Notes: generated from the sequence alone by a model not told the origin. 64,000 nucleotides of DNA from Candidatus Moraniibacteriota bacterium (GCA_008012175.1 SSEF01000020.1:24002-88001); one strand, 5' to 3'. Shown: positions 53,101 to 62,865, counted from the stretch's first letter. Translations and numbers: made by a program.

Positions 53101-53539
53101 TGAGCTGAGAAACCACGACACGCTCGACGCCGTTGATGATGAAGGTGCCGCGTTCGGTCATGAGGGGAACTTCGCCGAGATAGATCTCCTGCTCCTTCAC
53201 TTCGCCGGTCTTCTTCATGAGGAGGACCGCCTTCGCGCGGAGCGGTGCCTCGTAGGAGATATTCTTGTCTTTCGCCACGCTTGCCGGATACTTCGGCTCG
53301 TCGAGGTAGTAGCCCGTAAGGGAAAGTTCCAGGTCCTTGCCGGTGAAGTCCGTGACCGGATTGATCTCGTCGAGGAGCTCCTGAAGGCCTTTCTTCCAGA
53401 ACCAATCATAGGAGGCCGTCTGCACCTCGATGAGGTCCGGCAGAGACACCGTGATGCGGTTCTTGAAGAACCGACGCTTCTTGAGTGAGGAACCCGTGCT
53501 GATCGCGTCCTTGACGCGCAACGTCTTGCCCTTGGTCAT
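50129..53539 (-). CDS. rpoB: RNA polymerase subunit beta
   Basis: SQLSQFMDQ, ETPEGPNIG, GDKLAGRHGNKG, GGQRFGEME. Confidence 0.99.
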   Translation of the reverse strand: MTKGKTLRVKDAISTGSSLKKRRFFKNRITVSLPDLIEVQTASYDWFWKKGLQELLDEINPVTDFTGKDLELSLTGYYLDEPKYPASVAKDKNISYEAPLRAKAVLLMKKTGEVKEQEIYLGEVPLMTERGTFIINGVERVVVSQLIRSPGVFFTMEYQKGKKLFGAKIIPNRGAWLEIETDLDGVLSVKIDRKRKLAVTALLKAFGMVEKEIRKAFVDIDKGDINYIETTLAKDGAANQGEAYREVYKRLRPGDLATEENAKQMIDGMFFNFERYDFGAVGRYRLNQRLEVDRPDKEENRVLNIDDLILIIREVIRLNNDPEGKADDIDHLGNRRVRAVGELIQNKLRVGLYRMVRNIKDRMSTCDVETVVPGQLINPRPVAAAVKEFFSSSQLSQFMDQVNPLAELEHKRRLSAMGPGGLTRERAGFEVRDVHHSHYGRICPIETPEGPNIGLVGHLATYARVNEYGFLETPYLIVKHEVAAKKEELTGRILRETVEGVAKKGDHLTEALAEKVAGKKKGETVAVKPFVSLEIEYLNAIVEDRKIIAHAGISLDADRNINETQVEARVKGHPETIEAEAVDYIDVSVKQCISIATALIPFLEHDDANRALMGSNMQRQAVSCVVPESPVIGTGIEDKAARDSGQVVLALDAGEVIEVDATHVIVRSKAPVGSKKEHLDREYPLQSFEKSNAFTSMNQVPRVAKGQKVDAGDLLADGASTEQGELALGQNMLVAFIPWEGYNYEDAIIISERVVQRDRWSSIHIEDFSLDVRDTKLGPEVVTRDIPNIGEDRLKNLDENGIIRIGAEVSSGDILCGKITPKGEGDLTAEERLLRVIFGEKSRDVKDSSLYLPHGEHGKVVDVKIFSRDKGDKLPMGVFEQIQISVAQLRKIQVGDKLAGRHGNKGVISHVAPVEDMPYLPDGTPVDVVLNALGVASRMNIGQILETHLGWAASTLGYKVASSSLDGVTETDIKAQLKEAGLPESGKIRLVDGKSGQMYDNETTVGVMYIMKLNHLVDDKIHMRSIGPYSLITQQPLGGKAQFGGQRFGEMEVWALEGYGAAHTLQEMLTIKSDDVLGRSKAYESIIKGEAIKSPNIPASFHVLVNELKGLCLNVELKGAKTVSVDGEEEDDVETV

Positions 53540-53866
53540 AGAAAAACACCCACGCCGCTCCGTCTTGCTGGCGAAAAGCAAGCCGGGGGTATGAGGATTA
53601 CGGTTATTTACTTGTCCCAACTACGGTCGACTTGATCGAAAACTCGACTGTACGCATCACCCGAACTTTAAGCGAGTAAGCTATCGAGAAACCACTTCCC
53701 CTCTTGAAAACAGTTTTTCGACAGACCTCGTTCCAGAAATCGAAAACTTTCTCTAAAGTACTCACGAGTCTAGCAAGCGCTGAAAATCCTGTCAAATAGG
53801 ACAGAAAACCCCCTGGCTCGTATCGGGCCGCGGGTTCATTTCAGCTACTTTTTGTCTGTTTTTGCT

Positions 53867-54157
53867 TCACTCTATTCTTAGAGCAACGCTATCACTCACG
53901 GCCCAAGTATACACTTTTGCCACCGTCTCGGCAATTTTCACGCTCGTGAAATTTTCAGAAACATCGGTTTCAAGGCGAAAATCGGTCACATCCTCGGGAT
54001 TCAGGTCGTTTTCGGAAAGGAGCGCCTCTATCCCCTGAAAGAGCTGCCGCCCCAGATCCCGGCTCTCGGCCCAGCTTTTTTCCGCCACGGCCTCCCCGTC
54101 CCGCATGAGTACGAGCCGTGCATCGGTCTTAGTGAGAGTAAGGAGAAAGGAGTACAT
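53867..54157 (-). CDS. Short TsaB/YeaZ-like protein (N-terminal domain only)
   Basis: 96 aa; L..IEALL...L.PED...FTSVKIAETVAK resembles the TsaB N-domain. Confidence 0.55.
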   Translation of the reverse strand: MYSFLLTLTKTDARLVLMRDGEAVAEKSWAESRDLGRQLFQGIEALLSENDLNPEDVTDFRLETDVSENFTSVKIAETVAKVYTWAVSDSVALRIE

Positions 54158-54165
54158 ACCTAGAT

Positions 54166-54435
54166 TTATTTACTGGACATGAACGGAAGTATATCTTTTA
54201 TAAATTTCTTCTTCCTTTCGATCTCTTGAATTAAAGGCTCGTATTTAGCATCTAGCACCCGAATCTGGCCCTCAATAACGGGCATTGCAATTGTTTGACC
54301 TCTTACCTTATCTTTCTCAACATTCCAATCCTGATAGAGTCGTTCTTCCTTTCGTCTGTAGCATAGCATTACTAAAAAAGCACAGGACCAAACTAACGCA
54401 AATCCCAGAATACTTACCTTTGTTAACAGTTCCAT
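54166..54435 (-). CDS. Small AT-rich membrane protein
   Basis: 89 aa, N-terminal TM plus charged helix, tightly packed in operon. Confidence 0.55.
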   Translation of the reverse strand: MELLTKVSILGFALVWSCAFLVMLCYRRKEERLYQDWNVEKDKVRGQTIAMPVIEGQIRVLDAKYEPLIQEIERKKKFIKDILPFMSSK

Positions 54436-54439
54436 AATT

Positions 54440-55189
54440 TTATTTAAGCTTCTTCCAGTCGAATTTCCAGGGGTCAGTCTTCCTGCCCGGGGCGATATCA
54501 CCGTGGCCGACGACGGACTTTATCTTGTGGCGGCCTTTGATGTCGGCGATGAGCGCATTCACCGCTGCGTACTGCCTGTCCGTATAGCCGCTCTCCTCGG
54601 TCGCGATGATCTCGATACCGATGGAAAAGTCGTTCACGTTCTTCCGACCATCGGGCATTTTCGACGAGCCGGCATGGTAGGCGATATTCGCCTCTTCCAC
54701 CAGTCGGAGTACCGTACCAGAACGATCGATGAGGTAGTGGGCGCCCACGCCGTACTCTTCGTATTCCTCTATCGTCCGGCCGACCGAGTACACATCGCCC
54801 CCGAGCGCATTGTACGACGAGTGCAGCACGATCGTATCGATACTGCGCGGCGCGGGCGGCGTGCGGAAACCGAAGCGGAGGATGCGCGACTCGATGGACA
54901 GGCCAGCGTCTCCTTCCTTCTCTTCCTTTGGCTGGTCAACCGGCTTTTCAACTAGAACCTGAACTGGGGTAGGAGCTGGTGCTGTCGGTTTTACCTCTTC
55001 AGACGGAAGATCCGGGGTTGGGACAGATCCTTGCACGGCCGATTCCGGCGGCATAGGATCAGCCTCGAGTACAACAGCATCGTTTTCAAAAGCTATCTCG
55101 TCGAGCGGCGAATCGCCGGAAAAGCTGTGAAAAAGGCCGCCGATCGAGACGGAGAGGAAAGCGATGAGGCCGAGAAAGAGGCGGATCAT
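54440..55189 (-). CDS. N-acetylmuramoyl-L-alanine amidase (Amidase_2/AmpD-like), exported
   Basis: Signal/TM, IVLHS, AHYLIDR, AYHAG, SIGIE, GHGDIAPGRKTDP. Confidence 0.92.
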   Translation of the reverse strand: MIRLFLGLIAFLSVSIGGLFHSFSGDSPLDEIAFENDAVVLEADPMPPESAVQGSVPTPDLPSEEVKPTAPAPTPVQVLVEKPVDQPKEEKEGDAGLSIESRILRFGFRTPPAPRSIDTIVLHSSYNALGGDVYSVGRTIEEYEEYGVGAHYLIDRSGTVLRLVEEANIAYHAGSSKMPDGRKNVNDFSIGIEIIATEESGYTDRQYAAVNALIADIKGRHKIKSVVGHGDIAPGRKTDPWKFDWKKLK

Positions 55190-55245
55190 AAGGGTCCTTA
55201 TTTGCCTCGATTATACTCCGGAAACAGAAAGTCGTCTGATAGTAG

Positions 55246-55482
55246 CTAGCGACGCGATTTTCTTGTAAGAAAAAGGGTTCCGGCCGCGCCGATCGCTGCG
55301 CCGAGGGACAGCGTGACGGCGGCTGCTTGGCGCGGATGCTTTTTCACATAGCGTTCGACCGCGCCGAGCGTATCGACGAGCTCCGTCTCGACACGAGTCA
55401 CCTCGCGGAGCGCCTGGCGCTTGGCTCGGGCGAGTTCCTTCTCGATGATGGCCTGCATTGTCCGGCGATCCGCTACATCCAT
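55246..55482 (-). CDS. ElaB/YqjD/DUF883-like tail-anchored protein
   Basis: YVKKHP..AA...GAAIG C-terminal TM then basic tail. Confidence 0.7.
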   Translation of the reverse strand: MDVADRRTMQAIIEKELARAKRQALREVTRVETELVDTLGAVERYVKKHPRQAAAVTLSLGAAIGAAGTLFLTRKSRR

Positions 55483-55492
55483 ACCGGTAGCG

Positions 55493-55828
55493 CTAGCGGC
55501 GTCGCGAAAACAGCATGACAATGCTGGTGATGACGAGGATGAATGTCCCGACAGCGATCTGTCCGATGCCGGGAAATCGGACGAGAGCATTGATGACTTC
55601 GGCGCTTCCCGAGAGGACAAAGACGATCCCGACGCCAAGGAGGAGGAGCGCGAAGAGCCGCTGCACGGCGCGATTGATCACGATATGCGCCCGATCCTCG
55701 GCGAGGACCGAGATGCGGTCGATAAAACTCTCGACCGTGCCGAACATACGCTCGACGAAATACGGGATGAAGCTCCAGCGTTCCGGATTTTCCTTTTCTT
55801 CCCTCATTTTTTTTGTGTTTTCAGACAT
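55493..55828 (-). CDS. Two-TM membrane protein (YqjE-like)
   Basis: 111 aa, two C-terminal TM helices, adjacent to YqjD-like gene. Confidence 0.6.
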   Translation of the reverse strand: MSENTKKMREEKENPERWSFIPYFVERMFGTVESFIDRISVLAEDRAHIVINRAVQRLFALLLLGVGIVFVLSGSAEVINALVRFPGIGQIAVGTFILVITSIVMLFSRRR

Positions 55829-55832
55829 AGAG

Positions 55833-57212
55833 CTAGCGGCGATTGACTTGATTGTATCTATTATCAAGAATTGAAAGCGCATCGTTTATATTACGCTCGC
55901 CCCGAACAATCGAGCTGATTGTATCGATGAGCAGTCCTTCGACCTGTTCGGTATTCCCGGGCTTCCAGCTCTTGGCGATGAGATTGCCGTTTGCGAAAGG
56001 GCTCAGGACTACGTCGCCCTGCTGATCGCGTATGAGGTCGCGACGCGCAGCAGGCTTCCTGGTAAGTTCAAGGTATTTCTTCGCCGGATCAAGCGCGACC
56101 GGGAAATCCGCCGCGCTCCCCGAGAGAGCGTTCGAGAGGCGTACCGTACCAGATGAATGCGGCAGGGTCAGATATGACAGCAACTGCCAGGCCTCGTGTA
56201 CTCTCGCCTGCTGGTACCGCTCTGTCGGGAGGGCGGTCTCTGGCCGTGACTGATCGATGACCTGCGCCTTATTCTTGGCTACTGCGAATCCCCAGTAGTT
56301 CGAGAAGTCCACTGGCGGCTGGCCATCAAACTGCGGCAGTGGTGCGACGGCAAAATTGAGCTTTGCATTTTTCTGCCGGATCGTCGCGTAATGATACGAA
56401 TAGTTTATCATCATCCCGAGCGTCCCCTCATAGAAAGCATCAATCGAGTAGTGCTGCCGCTGATTCCAGGTATAGACCGGGAGTCCAAGCCGTGAAAACT
56501 GGGTATAGAACTCCAGTGCCTGTCGATCGGGTTGCTCGCTGAAACGCGCATCTGTAATCGATGCCCCGTACTGCATCATGAGGGTCAGCAGAATATCGGA
56601 AGATCGGTTGATATTCTCACCTGATCCTAAGGCTATAGCGGCTTGATTGATATTGCCGAAATCATCCTGCTTGACCAGGAGCGGAACCATGGCGACGAGC
56701 TCTTCCCAGGTCTTCGGTGGCGCAGAGATTCCGGCAGCATTGAAGATGTCCTTATTATAGTAAAGCGCGAGCGAATCAACCGAGAGCGGGACGGCCATCA
56801 CTTGCTTTTTCTCATCAAGAAAGTCATCAGCAACGACGTCGACAAACGCATCACGGATAGTCTTCTCGGTAAACATCGCTGCAGGAGCCGGTATCGCCTT
56901 GTCGGCAAAACTCGAAAGCCAGGTATTCCGCAACATGAAAATATCCGGCCCGTTCCCCGAAGCCATGGCATCCAAGAGATCTTCTTTGTATGTCTCCGGG
57001 GCGAGCTTTCGGTACTTTATATCCTTGATGTGCGGATTGATCTTCCGATAATCCGCAACTATCTGATTGAAAATATCAGAATCATCGAACGTACCCCAGA
57101 CATCGAGCGTGATCTCGTACGGAACAGACTCGGGCTCTCCGCAACCAGAAAGCACCAGGATAAAGCCGCTAAGAAAAGCAAGCGAGGCGATACGCATTAG
57201 CCGATGTTTCAT
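55833..57212 (-). CDS. ABC transporter solute-binding lipoprotein (sugar family)
   Basis: Lipobox LSGC, GPDIF, LALYYNKDIF, PPKTWEEL. Confidence 0.9.
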   Translation of the reverse strand: MKHRLMRIASLAFLSGFILVLSGCGEPESVPYEITLDVWGTFDDSDIFNQIVADYRKINPHIKDIKYRKLAPETYKEDLLDAMASGNGPDIFMLRNTWLSSFADKAIPAPAAMFTEKTIRDAFVDVVADDFLDEKKQVMAVPLSVDSLALYYNKDIFNAAGISAPPKTWEELVAMVPLLVKQDDFGNINQAAIALGSGENINRSSDILLTLMMQYGASITDARFSEQPDRQALEFYTQFSRLGLPVYTWNQRQHYSIDAFYEGTLGMMINYSYHYATIRQKNAKLNFAVAPLPQFDGQPPVDFSNYWGFAVAKNKAQVIDQSRPETALPTERYQQARVHEAWQLLSYLTLPHSSGTVRLSNALSGSAADFPVALDPAKKYLELTRKPAARRDLIRDQQGDVVLSPFANGNLIAKSWKPGNTEQVEGLLIDTISSIVRGERNINDALSILDNRYNQVNRR

Positions 57213-57219
57213 AGGCATT

Positions 57220-57786
57220 TTAGTGTTTCTTTTCTGCAAGAAAAGCATAGTGGAATCCACCAACTGGTGGCTCGTCAACGACCGTAAGCCCCGCTTCCGC
57301 CAGGGTATGCCGCAAATCATCCGGCTTCATCCGAAGTTCTCTGTCGGGACCGACAACCGATTCGCTCGGATCCCACTCGATGATGAGCGCTCGACCATTC
57401 GGCTTCAAGATCCGTGCCACTTCGCGCAAAATAGCTTCCTTTTCCTTGTTCTGGAGAAGCACATCCTTTGCAAGCACCCAATCTGCCGTCTCCGATCCGA
57501 GACCCGAACCATTCACGCGCTCTAGATTGCACCGCTGAGGAACAATATTCGTGAGACCGAGGGTCTTTGCCTGACTCGTGATCGCCTCCAAGGCGGACGG
57601 CAACACGTCAAGCGCATAGACCGTTCCCTCCGGACCGACAGCACGAGCAAACTCTAAAGAGAAATGACCGGAACCGGCGCCAAAATCTGCGACTACGTCC
57701 CCGGAACCGACCGAGAGAGAACGAATCACTTCTCGCGGCTCGACAAATGTCAGGCTTTTTGGTACGCCCATAATTTTATTCGTCAT
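57220..57786 (-). CDS. Class I SAM-dependent methyltransferase
   Basis: VADFGAGSG, VYALDV, RILKPNG. Confidence 0.9.
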   Translation of the reverse strand: MTNKIMGVPKSLTFVEPREVIRSLSVGSGDVVADFGAGSGHFSLEFARAVGPEGTVYALDVLPSALEAITSQAKTLGLTNIVPQRCNLERVNGSGLGSETADWVLAKDVLLQNKEKEAILREVARILKPNGRALIIEWDPSESVVGPDRELRMKPDDLRHTLAEAGLTVVDEPPVGGFHYAFLAEKKH

Positions 57787-57897
57787 TCTCAACACCTCTT
57801 TGATTGTACAACGAAGAGAGCGAGTTTCCAACGCCAGAACCTCAACAAATAGTTGCTCTCCGGCCATTCTTTCGCTACACTGTGCTCGTCACAAAAC

Positions 57898-57984
57898 GGA
57901 AAGGTGGCCGAGTGGTTGAAGGTACTTGCTTGGAAAGCAAGCGTACGAGCAATCGTACCGAGGGTTCGAATCCCTCCCTTTCCG
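57898..57984 (+). tRNA. tRNA-Ser(GGA)
   Basis: GGAAAGG/CCTTTCC acceptor, CTTGC-TTGGAAA-GCAAG anticodon arm, long variable arm, GGTTCGAATCC. Confidence 0.95.
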
Positions 57985-58002
57985 CAACAAAGGATCTGGA
58001 GG

Positions 58003-58662
58003 CTAGTACGCCACTGGCATGGCAGGCATCGTCATTCCAGCTGGCAGCTTATCCTTCATCTCATCCATCATTTTCATCGACTGCTCGATCATCGCGCACT
58101 GGTCGATGAAGGAGACGTCTGTGGGGAGAGAGAAATCAACTGCGCTCGCTGCTTGGCACTGCACGTCCTTCAGACCATCAAACCCTTCACGGAGATCCTG
58201 AACAGAGGGGGCCGTATCCGACTTCTTAGAGGCGTCAGCTGACATGTCTTGGAAGCGAGCCGTCATCTTGTCGAGACAAGTTTTAGACATCTTGCTCCCC
58301 TGTTTCTCCTTGTCGGTCCAGGTGTACTGAGTCTCTCCATCGAAGAGGCCATGGACCGTCATATTCTTCATGACCGTTGTCGACTTGAATTTCTCGCCAT
58401 CTACCATGACGGTGGCCTGGATGGATTTGTCATCACCAATCGCATAGGCGCACTGCATCTTCCGACCGAGGCCCATCGCATCCTTGATGGAAGATACGAT
58501 GCCGCCTGTTTCTTTGGTTGCTCCCGCCACCTCATCAGAAACTCCCATCATTCCACCGTCTGTTTTCTCCATACCGGTCGAACCGGTCTCTCGGCTATTC
58601 CAATAGAGGAATCCGCCGATGAGAAGCACTGCCACGACCACGAGTCCAATGATTTTTCCCAT
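58003..58662 (-). CDS. Hypothetical membrane-anchored exported protein
   Basis: N-terminal TM, 219 aa, four Cys. Confidence 0.75.
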   Translation of the reverse strand: MGKIIGLVVVAVLLIGGFLYWNSRETGSTGMEKTDGGMMGVSDEVAGATKETGGIVSSIKDAMGLGRKMQCAYAIGDDKSIQATVMVDGEKFKSTTVMKNMTVHGLFDGETQYTWTDKEKQGSKMSKTCLDKMTARFQDMSADASKKSDTAPSVQDLREGFDGLKDVQCQAASAVDFSLPTDVSFIDQCAMIEQSMKMMDEMKDKLPAGMTMPAMPVAY

Positions 58663-58823
58663 AGCAAGAGAGGTTAATTGTCACTAGTATACCACTTGTC
58701 CAAAGACTCATTCGAAACTTTTTCAAAAAATCCTAGAAACAAGCCATCCACAGGCATAGTTCATGAACCTTCTCTGGTTTACAGCTGTTCTGTTTCCTGC
58801 TAGGCTCCCGGTACAGGCTTTCT

Positions 58824-59339
58824 ATGTTCGCGCAACTCTCTGAACCGACCGTACTTTTCGCCTGTCTGGGCGTTTTTTTCCTTTTACTGGCAATGCTTTC
58901 GGGAACTGTATTCATTCTCTTCCGGAAACTCGGGCGCCAAGAAAAGAAGCTCTCCGTATTCTTTTCAGGAAAAGAAGCCAAGGACCTGGAGACGCTCCTC
59001 CTCGAAGAGAAGGAGATCATCGCTTCGGTGGATGGCGACGTGCAGGAGCTCTTCGATATCTCGAACCAGCTCCATCAGCTCGGCAATCGGAGCCTGCACA
59101 AATGCGCCGTTCTGCGCTTCAATCCTTTCAAGGAAACAAGCGGCAATCAGAGCTTCGCTGTCGCACTCCTCGATGGGAAGGGAAGCGGTGTCGTTTTCTC
59201 ATCGCTTCACACCCGTGAAGGTACCCGCGTCTTCGCCAAGCCAGTCAAGCAGGGTGCGGCCGACGGATTCCCCTTTACTGAGGAAGAAAAGGCTGTGATC
59301 CGGGAAGCCGAACAGACTGCTCAGGAAAAAAAGGTCTAA
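58824..59339 (+). CDS. DUF4446 family protein
   Basis: N-terminal TM; RFNPF..SGNQSFAVALLD..GVVFSSLHTRE..RVFAKP..EEE. Confidence 0.85.
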   Translation: MFAQLSEPTVLFACLGVFFLLLAMLSGTVFILFRKLGRQEKKLSVFFSGKEAKDLETLLLEEKEIIASVDGDVQELFDISNQLHQLGNRSLHKCAVLRFNPFKETSGNQSFAVALLDGKGSGVVFSSLHTREGTRVFAKPVKQGAADGFPFTEEEKAVIREAEQTAQEKKV

Positions 59340-59393
59340 ATACGCTACCAAATTATCCCTCTTCAAAAACGTAAGCCTTACTTCAACATCACC

Positions 59394-61163
59394 ATGAGCA
59401 CTCCCGAGACCGTCACCACCAAATCCATCGCCCTTCCGGAAACCGTTACCGTCAAGAAACTGGCCGAGCTTCTGCGCGTGCCTGTTTCGAATGTCATCAT
59501 GGAGCTGATGAAGAACAAGATCATCGCGACCATCAACGAAGAGATTGATTTCGATACTGCTTCGATCATCGCGAACGACCTCGGCTTCGCTACGACCGCC
59601 GACACGACTGAAAAAGCCGGCTCGCTCACGCTTGAGGATCTTGCAAGTCTCGTCGCTGCAGAGAAGACCGAGACTGACCGTAAGCTCGTCTCCCGTCCGC
59701 CAATCGTCACCATCCTCGGTCATGTCGATCATGGCAAGACGACTTTGCTCGATACGATCCGCAAGGCAAACGTCGCGGCTGGTGAAGCGGGCGGCATCAC
59801 TCAGAAGATCAGCGCCTACCAGGTGAAGAAACATGGTGAACTCATCACATTCATCGATACCCCCGGCCACGAAGCCTTCTCCGGGATGCGTGAACGCGGT
59901 GTCTCGATCGCCGATATCGCCATCCTCGTCGTCGCAGCGGATGACGGTGTCCGACCACAAACCAAGGAGGTTATCCAGTTTATCAATGAAAAAAAACTCC
60001 CTGTCATCGTCGCCATCAACAAGATTGACAAGCCGGAAGCGAAGCCAGACCGCGTCAAGCAGGAGCTCGCCGAGCATGGCATCCTCTTTGAGGGTTGGGG
60101 TGGCGAAGTTATGTGCGTCGAGGTGAGCGCCAAGGGAAATATTAATATCGACAGGCTCCTTGACGCTATCCTCCTCGTCACGGAAGTTGAGGAATTTACT
60201 GCCGACGAAAAGCGTGATGGTCTCGCGGTCATTCTTGAATCCCACCTCGACCCGCAGAAAGGCCCTGTTGCGACCGTCCTCGTAAAGACCGGGACACTCA
60301 AGGTTGGTCAAGACATCATCGCCGGAAGCGCCTTCGGCCGCGTCCGCCGGCTCGAGGATTTTACCGGAAAGAATCGGGAGTCAGCTGGCCCATCAGTTCC
60401 GGCCGTTCTATACGGATTCAGCGATGTCCCGCAGGTGAACGATGTCGTCCAAGTCGTCTCAGGAAAATCACTCGCCCGGATGAAATCCCAGGAAGCGCTC
60501 CTCAAAGAGGGCGAGGTGAAGAAGGTGATCCGCAAAGAGGACGAGGACGTGAAGCGCCTCCCAATCATCATCAAGGCTGATGTTCAGGGTTCGCTCGAGG
60601 CAATTCAGCAGATCCTCGGCGCGATTGAACATCCCGAGGTTGTACTCGAGGAAATCGCTTCTGGAGTTGGCAGCATCACCGAGTCTGACGTAAAGCTCGC
60701 CGCTTCGAGCGGTGCAAAAATCTTTGGCTTTAATGCGGAACCAACTTCCGTCGCCAAGCGCATCGCCGAAACGAGCGGTGTCATGATTCAGAGCTTCAAC
60801 ATCATTTACAAGCTCGTTGAAGCCGTAAAGTCCGACCTCGCTGTCCTGCTTCCACCAGAAGTCATCCGGACTGACTTTGGTCGGCTCTCAGTTCTCGCCA
60901 TATTCAAGAGCGGCAAACGCGATATGATTATCGGCGGACGCGTTTCCGAAGGAAAAATCGTCCGGGGATCGCTCCTCGAAGTAAAACGCGATGGTGAAAT
61001 TCTTGGAAATGGAAAGATGGGCAATCTCCAGCGCAACAAAGAAAATGCTGATGAGGTCGGGCAAGGGAACGAATGCGGCCTTGTTTTTGACGGCTCGGTC
61101 AAGCTCGCCATCGGTGACACACTCATTTCCTACCAGGTTGAGGAAAAGCGCCGGACGCTCTAG
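59394..61163 (+). CDS. infB: Translation initiation factor IF-2
   Basis: GHVDHGKTT, EAGGITQ, DTPGHEAF, NKID, KADVQGS. Confidence 0.98.
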   Translation: MSTPETVTTKSIALPETVTVKKLAELLRVPVSNVIMELMKNKIIATINEEIDFDTASIIANDLGFATTADTTEKAGSLTLEDLASLVAAEKTETDRKLVSRPPIVTILGHVDHGKTTLLDTIRKANVAAGEAGGITQKISAYQVKKHGELITFIDTPGHEAFSGMRERGVSIADIAILVVAADDGVRPQTKEVIQFINEKKLPVIVAINKIDKPEAKPDRVKQELAEHGILFEGWGGEVMCVEVSAKGNINIDRLLDAILLVTEVEEFTADEKRDGLAVILESHLDPQKGPVATVLVKTGTLKVGQDIIAGSAFGRVRRLEDFTGKNRESAGPSVPAVLYGFSDVPQVNDVVQVVSGKSLARMKSQEALLKEGEVKKVIRKEDEDVKRLPIIIKADVQGSLEAIQQILGAIEHPEVVLEEIASGVGSITESDVKLAASSGAKIFGFNAEPTSVAKRIAETSGVMIQSFNIIYKLVEAVKSDLAVLLPPEVIRTDFGRLSVLAIFKSGKRDMIIGGRVSEGKIVRGSLLEVKRDGEILGNGKMGNLQRNKENADEVGQGNECGLVFDGSVKLAIGDTLISYQVEEKRRTL

Positions 61164-61190
61164 AAATAAAGATGATGTGTCATGTAAGAA

Positions 61191-61217
61191 GGCCGGCCGA
61201 TGCAGCCGGTTTTTTTA
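61191..61217 (+). terminator. Intrinsic terminator after infB
   Basis: GGCCGGC-cgatgca-GCCGGTT followed by T tract. Confidence 0.7.
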
Positions 61218-61304
61218 CCGTCCTACGGAAACATGGATTGACTCCTCTTTCTCGCTATCCTATACTCGTCTTTCAACTCAACTCACATGCTAGACTGAAT
61301 CCGT

Positions 61305-62807
61305 ATGCATTGTTCGGTTCCCGTACCAGTCCTCGAAACCATCCAGGTGCTCGAACGCGCCGGCTTTAAGGCGTATATCGTTGGCGGATCGCTCCGCGAC
61401 CTCGTCCTCGGCCGCGATCCGAAAGACTGGGACGTGACGACCGATGCAAAGCCCGACGCGATCCAGAAAATATTCCCGGATTCTGTCTATGAAAATACCT
61501 TTGGGACAGTCGGTGTAAAGGTACCACGCTTTCTCGCATCTACTCCCGCCGAATACCAACATGATATTATCGAGATTACGACGTTTCGAACTGAATCTGA
61601 CTATCAAGATGGTCGTCACCCTGAAAAAGTTGATTTTGTCTCTTCTGTTGAGGAAGACTTGGCCCGCCGAGATTTCACGATCAACGCGATGGCCGGACGC
61701 ATCACAGCGACTACCGAAAATACCGTTGTTGAAATAATTGACCCCTTCGGAGGCCAGACTGATATTGAAAAGAAAATAATTCGTGCTGTCGGCAATCCCG
61801 AACAACGCTTCTCCGAAGACGGACTTCGGCTGATGCGCGCCGTTCGGCTCGCCATCGAACTGAGCAGCCCGTCGCAATCCATGCCCGACTGGTCCATCGA
61901 ACCCGCGACATTCACTGCCCTCAAAAAACTGGCTGACACCTTGCCACGGGTTGCTTTTGAACGTATCCGGGATGAATTCTCACGTATCATAGTTTCCGCC
62001 CGTCCAAGCGATGGGGTTACCCTTCTCCAAGAAGTCGGGCTCCTTCAGTATGTTATTCCGGAACTCACGGAAGGTATTGGCGTTACTCAAAATTTGCATC
62101 ATATTTATACCGTTTGGGAGCATAACTTACGTGCGCTCGCGACCTGCCCTTCAAAAAAGCTCGATGTCCGGTTGGCAGCGCTCCTCCATGATGTCGGAAA
62201 GCCCCGGACCAAGCGCGGCGAGGGCTATCGATCAACTTTTTACAATCACGATCACGTGGGAGCACGCATGACAAGGAAGATACTAGAACGCCTCCGCTAT
62301 TCGAAAAAGGTTGTCGATCATGCAGCCATGCTCGTTGACAACCACCTTTTCTACTACAATGTCGGCGAAGTGACCGAGGCTTCGGTCCGACGGCTTATCA
62401 AGCGTGTCGGGCTCGAAAATATGGATGATCTGATGGCTGTGCGTATCGGCGACCGTCTCGGTTCAGGCGTCCCGAAGGCAAAGCCCTACAAGCTACGGCA
62501 TCTAGAATACATGATTGACAAGGTCTCACAGGATGCGACATCGGTTAAAATGCTCAAAATCGATGGATCTGTACTCATGACCGAGCTACATCTTGCGCCG
62601 GGACCAAAAATTGGAGCACTCCTCGAGTGCCTCCTTGCAGAAGTCATTGATGATCCAGGCCTGAACGTTCGGCAACTCCTCCTTGACCGAGCACGCCAAC
62701 TCATGGATAATGACCTCGTTGTACTCAGAAACCTCGCTAAAGAACGTATCGATAGGGAGCGAGAATCTGAAGACAGGGCTATCCGGGGCCGCCATCGCGT
62801 AGTCTAG
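61305..62807 (+). CDS. cca: CCA tRNA nucleotidyltransferase with HD domain
   Basis: VGGSLRD, DWD, RRDFTINA, EDGLR, LHDVGK. Confidence 0.92.
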   Translation: MHCSVPVPVLETIQVLERAGFKAYIVGGSLRDLVLGRDPKDWDVTTDAKPDAIQKIFPDSVYENTFGTVGVKVPRFLASTPAEYQHDIIEITTFRTESDYQDGRHPEKVDFVSSVEEDLARRDFTINAMAGRITATTENTVVEIIDPFGGQTDIEKKIIRAVGNPEQRFSEDGLRLMRAVRLAIELSSPSQSMPDWSIEPATFTALKKLADTLPRVAFERIRDEFSRIIVSARPSDGVTLLQEVGLLQYVIPELTEGIGVTQNLHHIYTVWEHNLRALATCPSKKLDVRLAALLHDVGKPRTKRGEGYRSTFYNHDHVGARMTRKILERLRYSKKVVDHAAMLVDNHLFYYNVGEVTEASVRRLIKRVGLENMDDLMAVRIGDRLGSGVPKAKPYKLRHLEYMIDKVSQDATSVKMLKIDGSVLMTELHLAPGPKIGALLECLLAEVIDDPGLNVRQLLLDRARQLMDNDLVVLRNLAKERIDRERESEDRAIRGRHRVV

Positions 62808-62865
62808 GCTGCCAGCTTTCCAGGAATGGAAACGACGCGTTTTTTCTTCCCGCCACATGAGACAT

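Noticed and set aside
54440-55828. Holin-endolysin cassette of a prophage
   Set aside because: No phage genes nearby, and the amidase has its own export signal
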